Positions 41,801 through 50,900 of a stretch of DNA of 64,000 nucleotides are shown here, one piece after another. The stretch is from positions 4,464 to 68,463 of the IMG/VR virus record IMGVR_UViG_3300020406_000408; one strand, 5' to 3'. Source of the DNA: a virus. A program made the translations under genes and the position numbers. Each line of letters starts with the position of its first letter. Position 1 is the first letter of the stretch. Below the pieces are notes generated by a model. The model made no database searches and had not been told where the DNA came from. It saw nothing but the letters and a program-made list of their open reading frames with translations.

Positions 41801-44800
41801 TTGTAAATTTACGTCTAACGGATTTACATATCCCGCTGACTTAACAAACATATTGTCATCGTTATAGTATTTTGTTAGAAAAGGTTTATGATCGTAATTT
41901 TTTGATTTAGCATAAACACCATTTCTGTTTAATCTATAAACTAAACTAGTATCTTTAGGATTTATTTCGTCTACTAATTCAACAGGTTGTGGTTCCAATC
42001 TATATTTTTCTTCATCAAATAATATCTCAAATTGGTCATTTCCTTCTGTTGCTCCGTAACGTCCAGTTCTAATTGCCCACTCTTCAAAATATTCAATACT
42101 GTCTTTATTAGCACTTCCTAATTTATCGAACAATTTATTTAAAACGTTTTTAGTTCCTTTGTCTTGAATCATTCCTTGGAAAAATTTATATTGACTTACA
42201 TCGTCAGGAATAATATTTTCAAGATATTTCCTTTTTTGATATCCTATCATGTGTTGTGCTAATTTTTGTTGTTCAGAATCAAAATTATCACTATCTAAAT
42301 CATAAAAATCACTAAATTGTCTAGCCTTATAATCTAAGTTTGGAAGTAATTTTTGTGTTGGTTTTCCATCTAACTTTACAAAATTTTTAGCTATAAAAGT
42401 TTGCGTTCCAGACACATTACTTTTTGCCACGTAATAAAATTCTTTATGCTGTATAAGATCACCTATCTTATAATCTTGATAAGCTGTCCATTCATTTATA
42501 AACGCATCATCAAACACAAATCCAGGAACATTTAATGAGCCATTCCATTCGTCTGATCTATAACCTTTAACTTTTATTCTTTCCTGCCTATATCCTTGCG
42601 GACGATTATATATTACATCATTGAATACGGTTGTGTTATCTATAACAACAGCATGTTCAAGTTGTATTACAGGTATTTTAAGATGATAGATTCCTTGATC
42701 TGTATTTTTTACATATATTCCAAATTGATTTGTGTTATCTCTCTCGGTTGTAGCAAAGTCTGCTAACAATCGTTTTCCATCAGCTTGTAATAAACTGTAG
42801 TCATAAAAATTATTATAAATGTCATCAACTACTGTAAAGGGTTTTTCAAAATAAATTTGTCTTGCTGACGGACTTATTGTTAATACTGCTCCGTTATCCC
42901 AATTTTGTGTTGACCAAAACATAAACTCTTTGGCACTTAAAGCCCAGTTTTCAATTTCTTCTAGTTCTTTGTTAAATGTGTCAAACGAGAATCCTACCGT
43001 TAATAAATATTTTTCATAACCTAAAATTAAATCAACTACTGCTTGTATATCTGGAAACACGGTACCATAGTCTATTTTTTCTAGCGTAGTACTAAAGTTT
43101 TTGGAAAAGAATGCGTTTGCTCCGCCTTCTGCTGGAAGTTCTGCGAGTCTAGTAAAAAAGTTTAAATCAATTGATCCTCCTGATGTATGGCCTGTCGTCG
43201 TTCTATAGAACACTCCATTATTTTCTACAATTTGTCCTATGGAATAAAATTTTCCGCTATCAAATGTTACAAACTCTTCACTTATACCTCCAACATTAAT
43301 TAAAATATCACTTTGTTTTCTTTCAATGGGATAAATGTTGAAATATGGTCTATCTTTATCATAACCTTTTACAATAAATCCACTAGGTATTTTTTCAATA
43401 ATCATACCACTATAAGAATATACATCTAATGGAATACTTTTCGTTAAAACAAGATTATAATTCTCTTCAGGTACAAAAATATTTCCTTCATTTTGCGGAT
43501 TTCTACTATCTAGTATAAGCCTAAATTTATCTTTTTGTGTAAAGCCACCAATTTTATGTCCTAGTTTATTTTCTAAACTAGCTAGTTTGCTTTTATATGT
43601 TTTGAAAGTAACATCTTCATTCCCAATTAAGTAACTTTGCATATAGTTTACCAAACCAGAAGTAAATATTCTAGTTGTATCGCTCGGTATGTTAGGAAAT
43701 TTTAAATCTTTAAGATTAATTCTTTTTGATGTATCTGTGTAAACAAGTTGTCCGGCTAAATTTCTTGCTATTCTACTTCTATCAAATGCCAACCCAAAAA
43801 ACTGTGATGGTTGCCTTAGCATCCATGCTCTTACAAAAGCAAACGGATAATGTGAACTTCTTCTCCACGCAGTTTCTACAGGACTTTCATGTCCAAATGT
43901 AAAATTGTCATCATAGTTACTTGCTATTCCTCCACGAAGGTAACCTGTAGATACAGGATCTAGAATATCACCTTGAGAATCAACAGGAATATATTTTGTT
44001 AAATCCTTAATTTTAAATTTTCTTCTATAATTAATTTTTTTATTTGGTTCTCTTACTATAGCTTTTTCTAAATCTTGCCAAAGTAGTAAATTATTGCTGG
44101 TATATGGAGCAGGGCCATAAGTTGTATCAAACCAACTCGGTTTAATTTTATAACCTAGACATTCCCACGGATGAGTGTGGGGCCTATCAGTATTGTAATA
44201 ATCTTTGTAGATTGCTCTCCAACCCCCTGGTACCGAATTGTTATCGGGATCTGAATGTTTATAAAAATTAATACTAAAATTATTTCCGTTCTTATAAAAA
44301 CTGTTTGAAGTATAATCTGGATTGCCAACAGTTTCTAGCCAGGCATTGAAATCAGATATCATTATATCCGCTGTCTTATATCTATCAAAAGCTGTGGGTA
44401 AAGATTTTGTGTTTAAAAAATCTTGAATGTCGATTATTGATTCATCGTAATCAATTTTTATATTATTATAAATCCTTTTTTCTAAATCTAGTAGTAAATT
44501 ATCTCTATAATCACCAAAACATCTCCACAATGAACCATCATGTCCTTGTATCATAGGCTGAGCCGCAGGCCATTCCTCAAACAAATTAGTATCATAACTA
44601 GCATGATTCATGGATCCGCTAGGCATAAACCAAAGTCTGTTGTCGCCAGCAAATGTGTGGGTATGTGCTAATCCTGTACCGCCGTTTGTTTTATCGTATG
44701 CTTGTGCCGAAACTTCATCTGTGAATAATGGATAAAACCATCCGACTTTATTTTTGTATGATTGAGTAGTTGTGTTGTCTCTTCCATATACCTTATACGG

Positions 44801-47800
44801 ACCTGTTGAATCAGGAATGGATGAAATGTATGTTGTATCTAAAATTATTTCAGGCACATATTTAGGATATAATCCTAATTTAGTTGGCGTAGGAGCTACC
44901 CAACAACCATCCGTAGACTCGTATTCATAAACTTTTAAGACTTGGTTTGCTTTCACTGGAACTTTAAGTTCTATAAAAGCATCAGTATCTATAGTGTAAT
45001 CAATATCTTTTACAAGTTGTTTTTCATCTAAATATGCTAAAATAGCATTTTCATTTAGTTTATCAAAACTTACTGTCCTTGTAATAGGAAAAATAGTTTG
45101 TGAAGTATCTTCTATAGTAAATTCTGCTAAAGTGTCTCCACCAAAAGGAACCATGTCACTGAAATAAAATGGATCCTGTTTTGTGTTAGTCTCAAACATT
45201 TTATCTAAAATTTTATCTACATGTATTTTTGTTTCACCTTCAAAACCTAGCTCGTCAGCAACTTTTAAAAATTCTCTTTTAAATGTAATATATTTTAATC
45301 CTGATTCCTTGACAGCATTGTTCATATCAAAATCTTTGCTTGTCAAATTAAACGTTGCTAAATTAATTGGGCCTGAGTGTTGGACAAATTTTAATCCATA
45401 GTCTGATGTTGGACCTAAATCTCTAAGGTTTCCCGCTCCAGGATAAACACCTGTGAAGTCACTTACGTTACTTACAATACTATCAACATGATCTATGACT
45501 TCTCCGAGTGTAAACGTTACCACGTTTTCATTCATAGGATTTTTTTCTAAGTTAATAGGAAATTTGTAATGTCCTCTTTGATTTTTTGGTGTGCTAGATT
45601 TTGTTTCTATCACAACTTTTCTATTCTCAGCTAAATTTGTGTAAAATCTTACATAAGCATATCTATTAATTCTATCTATTGTATAATCTATATTTTCTTT
45701 TTGTAAAATATTATCAAGGTAAACCATTACTTTTAGATCATTTAAATCTCCACTGTTATCATATACGTCAACAATAAAATTATTAAGTCGAGGACCTGTA
45801 GTGTATTGTTTAACCACAGGCTGTGAAGAAAGGCTTTTAGCCTTAATCCATCCTGTTACACTTGAGTATGTGTCTATATCAGTATATTTCCTTAAGATAC
45901 CAGTGTCGGTGCTGGCTGTAATTACATCAGCAACTTGATCATATTGGTAAGTATCACTTAATAAATTAAAGTCAAAGGTTATGTCCCCACTGTTTTCGAT
46001 AGTTCTATATGACAAAGGAAAACCTAGTTCTGTGTCATTAGTACCTGTACCTTGTTTATAAGAAAATAATTTATTACCTTTAAATGTACTTCCTTCTAAA
46101 GTATTAAGTGCTGTCCCACTGTCATTATACAAATCAAACATTGGAGACTGATTAATTGCTGTTTTGTTTTGTCCTAATTTCCAAGCAGTACCAGTATAAT
46201 AATAAATTTTACCTTTATTTTTATCTCCAGATTTTACTAACACAGTTTGATTTGTAACTGGAACTGTGTCAGTTGTTTCTATCAGTGTAATTTGATTATT
46301 ACTATTTTGGCTTATAAATTTTACCTCATAAATTTTTCCATTTACAAAACTATCAGGATCAGCTGTAAACAATACACGCATTCCTTGTACTAATTCTGTC
46401 CCGTCAACAAAGTATCCTGGACTGCCTTCTATATTAGAAAACACATCTGTGGTTACTGTATCAATAACATCTACAGACTTTTTAGCAAAAGTTCCAAAAT
46501 CATAAAGTTTCAAACCAGCATCAAACTCAATAATAGGTCTAATAGCTCTAAAATTTTGATCCAATGTTGTTGCTACTTCATTAATTTTGGCTGTAACGTC
46601 TATAACATCTTTGTGTGTCCATTTGTTATATCTAGACCATTGGTTTCTATCTTTGGAAGCTCTGTTAATAACAATATAATCTTTTTTGTCCGCATATGAC
46701 ACAGCATCATCAAAAGGTAAATCATCAAACCCTCCTTCGTCAAATTCAATGTCTTGATCCTGTAGGTATCCGGCAGTTATTTCTATTTCGGATTCTGATA
46801 TAAGCTGTATAGAATCTCCCACACCTTCAACATACCAGTATCCTTCTGTGTATTTTGTTGGATTCAAGTTTCCATAAAACTTTAATTTCATTCCGTTACT
46901 CAAAGAATATCCATTAGACATTGTGTAGGTTTTCTTGCCTACAATATCTTTATCAACATCCAAGAACGTATTGTCAATAATATCTTTTATAATAATAAGT
47001 CCTGAAGCTTCAATATTATTAGAATCAACGTAATATAAATTTGGAGGAGCTTCTAAATCTACTGTAAACTCTAAAACTCCATTTTCTGTTTTTTGTCCTG
47101 TTATACCTTTTGTATACAAGTTCGTATCATCTGTAATGTCAACCGAAGTTCTAATTGAAAAAGGCATGTCTACAGTATCTACTTCAAATCTATATGTTTG
47201 TCCTTTGTATAAAGTTAAAGTAGGATTTCCTGTAGGATTATCTTGATTGAATACGTATGCATCATTATCTAAATTAATTTGCTTGGTTACATTGTAAGTG
47301 CTTTTGACATTCCTAAACGATCCATACACAGGTATAGCATCTGGTCCTCCCGGTAACCAATAGTATTCTCTAAAGTTTGTAAACTTATCCCAGTTTACAT
47401 GTGGATTCCAAGCATAATATTCTTGGGAAAACATAGTATCATGATTAGCAGTATCAACACCACGTATCTTTATGCTGTTATATAAATCTCTATAATCTCT
47501 GTAAAAAATATTATTGCCAGCTGAGTCATTAATTACTGACACCGGCTCTAATTGATATTGATCTCTGTCTAAACTTATTTCAGATACATAATTATCACTT
47601 GCTGTAAAAGCCTTTGCGTCTTTTCTACCTATGAATCCGTCAACCTTTTCAACACTACCAGGTTGAACAAGTTGATCTAATGTACTTGATAAGAATTTTT
47701 TATTGGCTACTGTGCGATAGTAACGAGGTAATAAATCAGCAGACTTTCTTTTGTTTTTGTCTGCGTCATTTACTGGAATAGCATTTTCATCTTGTGCCAT
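32840..47800 (-). CDS. Giant (4986 aa) virion/baseplate protein
   Basis: Uninterrupted 15-kb ORF coupled to gp6. It carries a cupredoxin-like segment (NPTLTLYKGQTYRF..APPNLYY), FG-GAP-like repeats, GSGY..P.I.ITGGGGSGA repeats and FxGDGxTxxF repeats. Confidence 0.75.
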   Translation of the reverse strand: MAQDENAIPVNDADKNKRKSADLLPRYYRTVANKKFLSSTLDQLVQPGSVEKVDGFIGRKDAKAFTASDNYVSEISLDRDQYQLEPVSVINDSAGNNIFYRDYRDLYNSIKIRGVDTANHDTMFSQEYYAWNPHVNWDKFTNFREYYWLPGGPDAIPVYGSFRNVKSTYNVTKQINLDNDAYVFNQDNPTGNPTLTLYKGQTYRFEVDTVDMPFSIRTSVDITDDTNLYTKGITGQKTENGVLEFTVDLEAPPNLYYVDSNNIEASGLIIIKDIIDNTFLDVDKDIVGKKTYTMSNGYSLSNGMKLKFYGNLNPTKYTEGYWYVEGVGDSIQLISESEIEITAGYLQDQDIEFDEGGFDDLPFDDAVSYADKKDYIVINRASKDRNQWSRYNKWTHKDVIDVTAKINEVATTLDQNFRAIRPIIEFDAGLKLYDFGTFAKKSVDVIDTVTTDVFSNIEGSPGYFVDGTELVQGMRVLFTADPDSFVNGKIYEVKFISQNSNNQITLIETTDTVPVTNQTVLVKSGDKNKGKIYYYTGTAWKLGQNKTAINQSPMFDLYNDSGTALNTLEGSTFKGNKLFSYKQGTGTNDTELGFPLSYRTIENSGDITFDFNLLSDTYQYDQVADVITASTDTGILRKYTDIDTYSSVTGWIKAKSLSSQPVVKQYTTGPRLNNFIVDVYDNSGDLNDLKVMVYLDNILQKENIDYTIDRINRYAYVRFYTNLAENRKVVIETKSSTPKNQRGHYKFPINLEKNPMNENVVTFTLGEVIDHVDSIVSNVSDFTGVYPGAGNLRDLGPTSDYGLKFVQHSGPINLATFNLTSKDFDMNNAVKESGLKYITFKREFLKVADELGFEGETKIHVDKILDKMFETNTKQDPFYFSDMVPFGGDTLAEFTIEDTSQTIFPITRTVSFDKLNENAILAYLDEKQLVKDIDYTIDTDAFIELKVPVKANQVLKVYEYESTDGCWVAPTPTKLGLYPKYVPEIILDTTYISSIPDSTGPYKVYGRDNTTTQSYKNKVGWFYPLFTDEVSAQAYDKTNGGTGLAHTHTFAGDNRLWFMPSGSMNHASYDTNLFEEWPAAQPMIQGHDGSLWRCFGDYRDNLLLDLEKRIYNNIKIDYDESIIDIQDFLNTKSLPTAFDRYKTADIMISDFNAWLETVGNPDYTSNSFYKNGNNFSINFYKHSDPDNNSVPGGWRAIYKDYYNTDRPHTHPWECLGYKIKPSWFDTTYGPAPYTSNNLLLWQDLEKAIVREPNKKINYRRKFKIKDLTKYIPVDSQGDILDPVSTGYLRGGIASNYDDNFTFGHESPVETAWRRSSHYPFAFVRAWMLRQPSQFFGLAFDRSRIARNLAGQLVYTDTSKRINLKDLKFPNIPSDTTRIFTSGLVNYMQSYLIGNEDVTFKTYKSKLASLENKLGHKIGGFTQKDKFRLILDSRNPQNEGNIFVPEENYNLVLTKSIPLDVYSYSGMIIEKIPSGFIVKGYDKDRPYFNIYPIERKQSDILINVGGISEEFVTFDSGKFYSIGQIVENNGVFYRTTTGHTSGGSIDLNFFTRLAELPAEGGANAFFSKNFSTTLEKIDYGTVFPDIQAVVDLILGYEKYLLTVGFSFDTFNKELEEIENWALSAKEFMFWSTQNWDNGAVLTISPSARQIYFEKPFTVVDDIYNNFYDYSLLQADGKRLLADFATTERDNTNQFGIYVKNTDQGIYHLKIPVIQLEHAVVIDNTTVFNDVIYNRPQGYRQERIKVKGYRSDEWNGSLNVPGFVFDDAFINEWTAYQDYKIGDLIQHKEFYYVAKSNVSGTQTFIAKNFVKLDGKPTQKLLPNLDYKARQFSDFYDLDSDNFDSEQQKLAQHMIGYQKRKYLENIIPDDVSQYKFFQGMIQDKGTKNVLNKLFDKLGSANKDSIEYFEEWAIRTGRYGATEGNDQFEILFDEEKYRLEPQPVELVDEINPKDTSLVYRLNRNGVYAKSKNYDHKPFLTKYYNDDNMFVKSAGYVNPLDVNLQLLNYTDLSTQTLGNLKGGDYVWTAIDKSQKTWGVYKYIPTEYKIKSTTDTVDNSFTITLDKATNFEVGDIVAVNDIDTDTDGYYKIKTISLNVITLEHESTTNITATASANGFVTRFKNVRLKKLSEANDNIEGEGSRSFSIGSTNLSSDRIWVDDDDTGRWLVLNYKQVYELKPNIVNTTAGLLDSTQKDFGSSITVNDQNNLMAITAPKDLNGSVYIYNRPSEATDYNLLQQIDEDAFYFDQNGGFGTSASLSPDGKWLAVGSPQASNTKSFYKGDYNNQTAYVKGDIILYKEQLWQADRAIEAQAVQSCINHASNAQAAENDYDSTSQSYPTIVYMMRGNHSMPTASTDHILIRAETQQWEASKAGDILTLKWNQYKTGALSGVSPFNNDPVINESFLNGNHVIVNKVKMVIEIISALDVPDVGDEITTDTARANVAYRFIDSDNKMILYLNNVNGELQTSGTVQRNNVTVGAFTTVNHVGDDYHTGWWQIAVGSTFSSSNLIETNPNLVVRDLTLSEVGAPSTPSPFTNILDTVVQQQTTEPARNSFYGILSYYNGATSSNVIDTRWFVRTELQHGSTYQVGDKFRMWANTLYDNGVRQDPEPVLNLSFDYLNNTEHTINDIWNGFCIVRLTNFDLNGDPFLPQIGDTVTCSTTGSTAEVAYIQREFATIRIYLKNRNGTFSKGVDFGETSSMTFVENDSTVRTIGPISSAHLENTTAGVMLIVDKAQNIQVGTSIFLQDREYWIYNTRTILGVEDSANPPGPLNLDWNRTYNIPLTTGGYGSTFDNEGTFAIYERKELTFDLKGYYTVPNSAPGRRLGTKLKFAQLDANTYKLFVSAAGDKTELNEGRIYMFDKSSTDDFVLSNDNNYRGTYNTASSYFTNDLIRFGETIYKAKTNTVPGAFNVNLWQTIDSGVDLLGYVPNDTNYSITESTLEQKFLEEFGADYDVSTDGNVLISTARYLNADDSSVPNRRIVVYRKTGNHYQYSQLLETQDITENWGQTIAISNDGKKIAVGAPDNSTRDIRGGAVYIYIQGTDGRFALNQTLRPIDRTSNTRFGSKIDFDGNTLAIASRGGDLERVTTLDQDTTIFDNGNTPFKVIDNDSGLVSIYETVNDTLLYGQDFSYDKDTQDFGSIMLVKNNHVYLGLPKQQILSNNTIDRGLVAEYRKPVNTTSWTIGRQPIVPMDVTKLKGVNLFDKNTNGLVTYLDYIDPLQGKIAGAAEQEITFKVSYDPAKYSVATATGVTLDTLDYTADQWVGKIWWDIGSARFINHHQGDILESTANFNTLFPGTTADVYEWVETNLLPSEWDTQSGTEAGLTNGISGTTKYGDSAYSTRRIYDSASQTFTNNYYYWVKNKATLPTDVNRKTTASDISKLITTPTQQGVKFISPLGNNRFALYNCRSLIKDKDVGITFNWWTIENQEQNVHNEYQIISDGLETSIPNDTVKQKWVDSLVGFDVNDRPVPDVELPVRQRYGNLNEPRQGWFINKTEARKQFVERVNKILKTELIVDNKDLSGLTEIDPTPTSVSGVYDTTSDTFAELNFISVANVKQAKLTLEIENGTIINVLLTDPGKGYLNPPTYKIKDSTGTGAVLNFVLATDGSIASVDIINGGINYVSPSIEVRKFSVLVKTDETVGGKWAVFSWDGTEWLRTLTQAYDVNAYWQYIDWYATGYNNFTPINYTISSSYELYGLGDKIGDIVKINNVGTGGWLLLEKEDDQDTEDYTVNYKTVGRQNGTIEFKTSLYDVSNENIAYDGSGFDKIFYDTEPVAEMRLIIGILENKIFVDDLLKNWNECFFAGLRYVFTEQPNVDWAFKTSFIKAKHNVGELEQRVTFKNDSLPSYESYINEVKPYRTKVREYLSSYEKTDPSSTVVTDFDLPTLYNDAEGRITPQSVQVIDNKIVSGFSEITKYPSKHWAENIGFELQSLNIADTGSGYLDAPIIKITGGGGSGAKATAFIGTDGKVTAVKVNNTGSGYLSQPTITLEGSLQDGGTAARLSPVLGGGKARSTHLRCKFDRVTGTYLFSQLSTTETFTTNSNQQIFDLKWPMQLKNTQITVTVDGLEALRSEYTFENKSDTTKGYLRKYGRIFFTEPQTASKSVVITYNKSAELLQAQDRINFYYNPTTGMFGNDLGQLLDGVDYGGVEVSSYNFGTGTGWDSDAWFTTTYDTFDTTFDDEIFQMDGSTEVFTLSKPLENNAVYNVYLNGKRIDDPNFGTASQTNINAVMSSITGDGTQTTITITNDIQKFVANDVVVFRKTTSDGSFLPDPRSYDTILSGGDLQFSTAKGINPEEIIIDGDGFVTPTTSKGPEEQIPGQVLDTVDIKVFHRPGEGGSLISSNCYNANGTTVDFGFGIQPQSENGLFVRLNRITQSPNTYTVDYKNKTVRFNTTPSNGASVNIISVSGNGENVVEFDEFTGDGCTTQFKTKAHWTTKLDYIATVDGKEAQSVLVSSEDSAIEDPKAVIVFGSPPRDGSVINFAVYDKVQSYSKIETQEFTGDGSTLNFTLEKTPYSSIPHTHNVVVQVGNKILNAGYNQQFTVQTGVSEYFLEIWQTPIGSFDNSNVLALLNGTELKIATEFNIRPANSSIILEPGIGQPGDILEVYIRDDGEYAFGAVEVINNQNTWVETPGVLKLDVAPTEGQIIKITTYSKHDIQDFERQTFDVIARSTLVVGSEDHVQYNHLKAGLIELRKPAIDAQYVWFIVNGELKNPSVDYYLTDDKKYVKYNNVIVDNDVIDVIQYSADGPISPKFGFSQFKDILNRNIYKRLGDVAPLKLAEDLKVTDKQISLVDASNISAPDKNSGIPGILFINGERITYLVKIGNVLKQLQRGTLGTGAPAVHSAGSDVYNQGLQQTAPYADTTITEDFVGDGSTSIFELSFIPSTVNEFEVFVAGKRLRKNSIQMFDVTRNQDSPEADITSPAQFSVDGTTNQLTLTNTPANLAKIQVIRRTGTLWTDSGQSLNDAESLVARFFKAEKVELPK

Positions 47801-47995
47801 TAGTATCCATAGCCTCCGCCACTTGATCCGGATCCACTTGATCCAGAGCTACCTGAACTGCTTGAACTGCTTGAACTTGAACTACTAGACGATGTAGAAC
47901 TAGAAGTTGTTGTAGTTGAGGTTGCTGTACTTGTGGTGGTGCTAGACAAAGCTGTACTTTGTATACCAGTATTTGTTGTGCTGGTACTTGTAATT
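47800..47995 (-). repeat. Ser/Thr/Gly low-complexity C-terminal tail of gp6 ending GGGYGY
   Basis: TSTSTT...SSSSSSSSSSSGSSGSSGSGSSGGGYGY; GAACTGCTT tandem units at the DNA level. Confidence 0.9.
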
Positions 47996-50900
47996 ACTTT
48001 GCCGGACGCTTGAATTCTAGAAGCCGTTATAGAATCTATTATTTCTACATCTTGAACTGTAGCATCACTCACAAAAATTTCGTCATTTTCGCTTTTTATT
48101 TCCATTAAGCTACCAAAAGCAAGTGTTCCTAACTTTGGTACAATTATAAGATTTACTATATCAGGGGCCAATGAGTTCGTAACATAGGTAGCTAATTCTG
48201 TGAAGTGAAATGTTTCGCCAAAATCCCAATTTTGTAACGAAAAGTATCTATTGATTGCGGAAATTATTCTAACTTTTATGTCATTGTCATTTATTACTGC
48301 TTCTGGATTTTTGACTATCTTAAATACTGCTTGAAGATTTTCGACTGCCTTTGATCCAAATAATACTTTATATTTTACTGGATGGTATATTATTTCATCA
48401 CTTATTGCTTTTACTTTGTTTATTTCTGTGCCATATTGTTGGAATAGTTCATCACTGCTAGGTGGTAATGGCATTGTTGTAATATTACCAGCTAGGAAAG
48501 ATCTAAAATCTAAATCATATGATCTAGTAAGTAGATATACATCTATAATATTAGAAGCACTAGGATCTATCCTGTTACTTTGGTTAGCACTATGAATGTA
48601 GTGAAATTTCAAATCACTTCTACCCACATACGCTCTATAATCACTTGATAAAGTTAAAGCATTATTATTTAAAACTTTAAAGTTTTTTTGATCAATTATG
48701 TAAAATATTTTACCATCACTATACTGTGAATACGCACCTATTGCTGTTTCGGTAGCAACAATAGATATTGAACTTCCGTCAGCAAAATAATTAAATTTAT
48801 TAAAACCTTGATTGCTATTTTCTTTCTTTAAGAATATGTATTTTGTTGTTGGATTGACTAATGGATCAACAATTACATCAAAAATATCAGGATCATCTAT
48901 AGAGCCATCATCATTTAAATCAAAAAAGCCTACTTGTACTTTTTTACTGTTTATGTAACCGTCTTGATTCCTATATGCTCCTACTATTTCCCAATTGATA
49001 TCATTATTAAATTGTGTCAAAGCATCTGGTTTAGTATTAAAATTCATTACAGAAATTTTATCTTTTACTAGTTGTCCTGTTGCTGAATCATATATTTTAT
49101 TTTGTCCATCGTAGTAGAAACTTAATTCTGTATCACTTTCAAAAATATATCTTAAACCTCTATTTGTTACTGTATATTTTTGTCCGTCTGTTTCAAATAA
49201 GATAAACCAACTGGAGTCTAATTGGTTGCCTGTAACGTCGCCGGTTTTACCATTACTAAATCCGTCAGTTACATTTAGGTTTTCACTTATAATTACACGC
49301 CAAATTCTATTAACTTGATCATATCGTAATCCAAATGTTTTATAAGCAAATACTTGATCAATAATCTGTGATCTTACATCTGTTGTAATATCTTTTACTA
49401 ATTTAGGTTTAACTTCTTGTATAATACTATTAGCAGGAAGCACAGCATTTACTGTAATAGGACCATCTCCGGTTGTAGTATCAACAACAGTACCAGATCC
49501 TGTAACACTTATTACTTTTACCCACTTATATGATGATGCTCCTTTTTTATTAGCATCACTAGTAAGTTCTCCATTTCCAATGAAATAAAATCCAGTAGGA
49601 GGAATAAATTTTAATAATGCGCCAGGTTCAACATATCTTAAAAATCCTGTAGTAAATGTGCCTACTTGAAATGGTACTAAATTAATATTTTCTAATAATC
49701 CTGTTGAACTGTTACTTGCTTTTGTAGATTGTTTCCATGTTGCGTTTAGATCGCTAACAATAATCTTGGCAAAGTTTCCTAAATAAAAATTTGTTGTACT
49801 TCTTTTTTGTATTGTAGGAATAATTAAATTTTCTATGTTTCCTTCTATATCAGTTTGGTTTGAAAATGTAAATGATTTTTTTTCATCAAACTCTTCTTTA
49901 AATATAACTCCATCACTACCGTAAAGATTCGTACTTGAATATTTTCCTGTTACATCTTTTAGATCAAAGTATCTACTGATTCCACTTGATACTCTGTTAG
50001 TTGATTTAACTTTTACTATTTCTTGATTTGTTGAGGAAGGATACACATTGTAGTCCTCACCTGTAATCATTCTGTTTTGTGTATAATAAGTCTGAGGAGC
50101 ATTTACTCTAATACTTGTGCTTGTTTCACTAGATGTTGCATTTGTAACAGGAGATTTTAATTCTAAACCTAAGGTAAGTGTTTCCGTTGTTCCTGATCTA
50201 CTTGTATAATCCAAAGCTACCTGGACGTCTGTAATTTCTTCTGGACGTATTCTTAAACTTCTGTTAGAACTTGTTCTGTAAAAAACCTGAAACTGTCCGC
50301 TTGGAGCATTTCCAAAAGTACCATCGGCAAATACTAAACTAACTTGATCATTATCTCTGGTTTGTACCACATAAAAATCTCTAATAGCCTTATTCACACT
50401 ATTATAGATAGCATTGTTTCCTTCTGTGGAATCTACCTTTGTCCAAATTTTTTCTACGTTTCCTCCTGCTGATAATTTAGTCAACCATACGTCAGTGTCA
50501 TTTATGTTATCAGCTTCTATAGTAATTCTTTGATTAGCAACAACATTGCCTATATCAAACACACTATTATTTAAAGTGCCTTGTCTGAAATGACAAAAAT
50601 ATCCTGTGTTTGAACTTGCGTTTCCTCTGCCATCTTCTCTATACATAAACTGTAAAGCATTTCCAGCTAACGGAGCTTCTTCAACTAAATTTAAACTTGC
50701 TTCATCTATATCAGTTGATACTATTTCAAACTGTGAAGGCAAACCGTTTACAGTTTTTGTAAATCCAAACACGGGTACATTGACAGTATTTTGATTTAAT
50801 CTGTAAGCCTGTGTAAGTATTCCGTTTATGGTTTGAGTTTTTCTAGGCTTTCCAATTGTGTTGTTGTTAGGTAATGCTGAGTTTAGGACTCTTCTAAATT

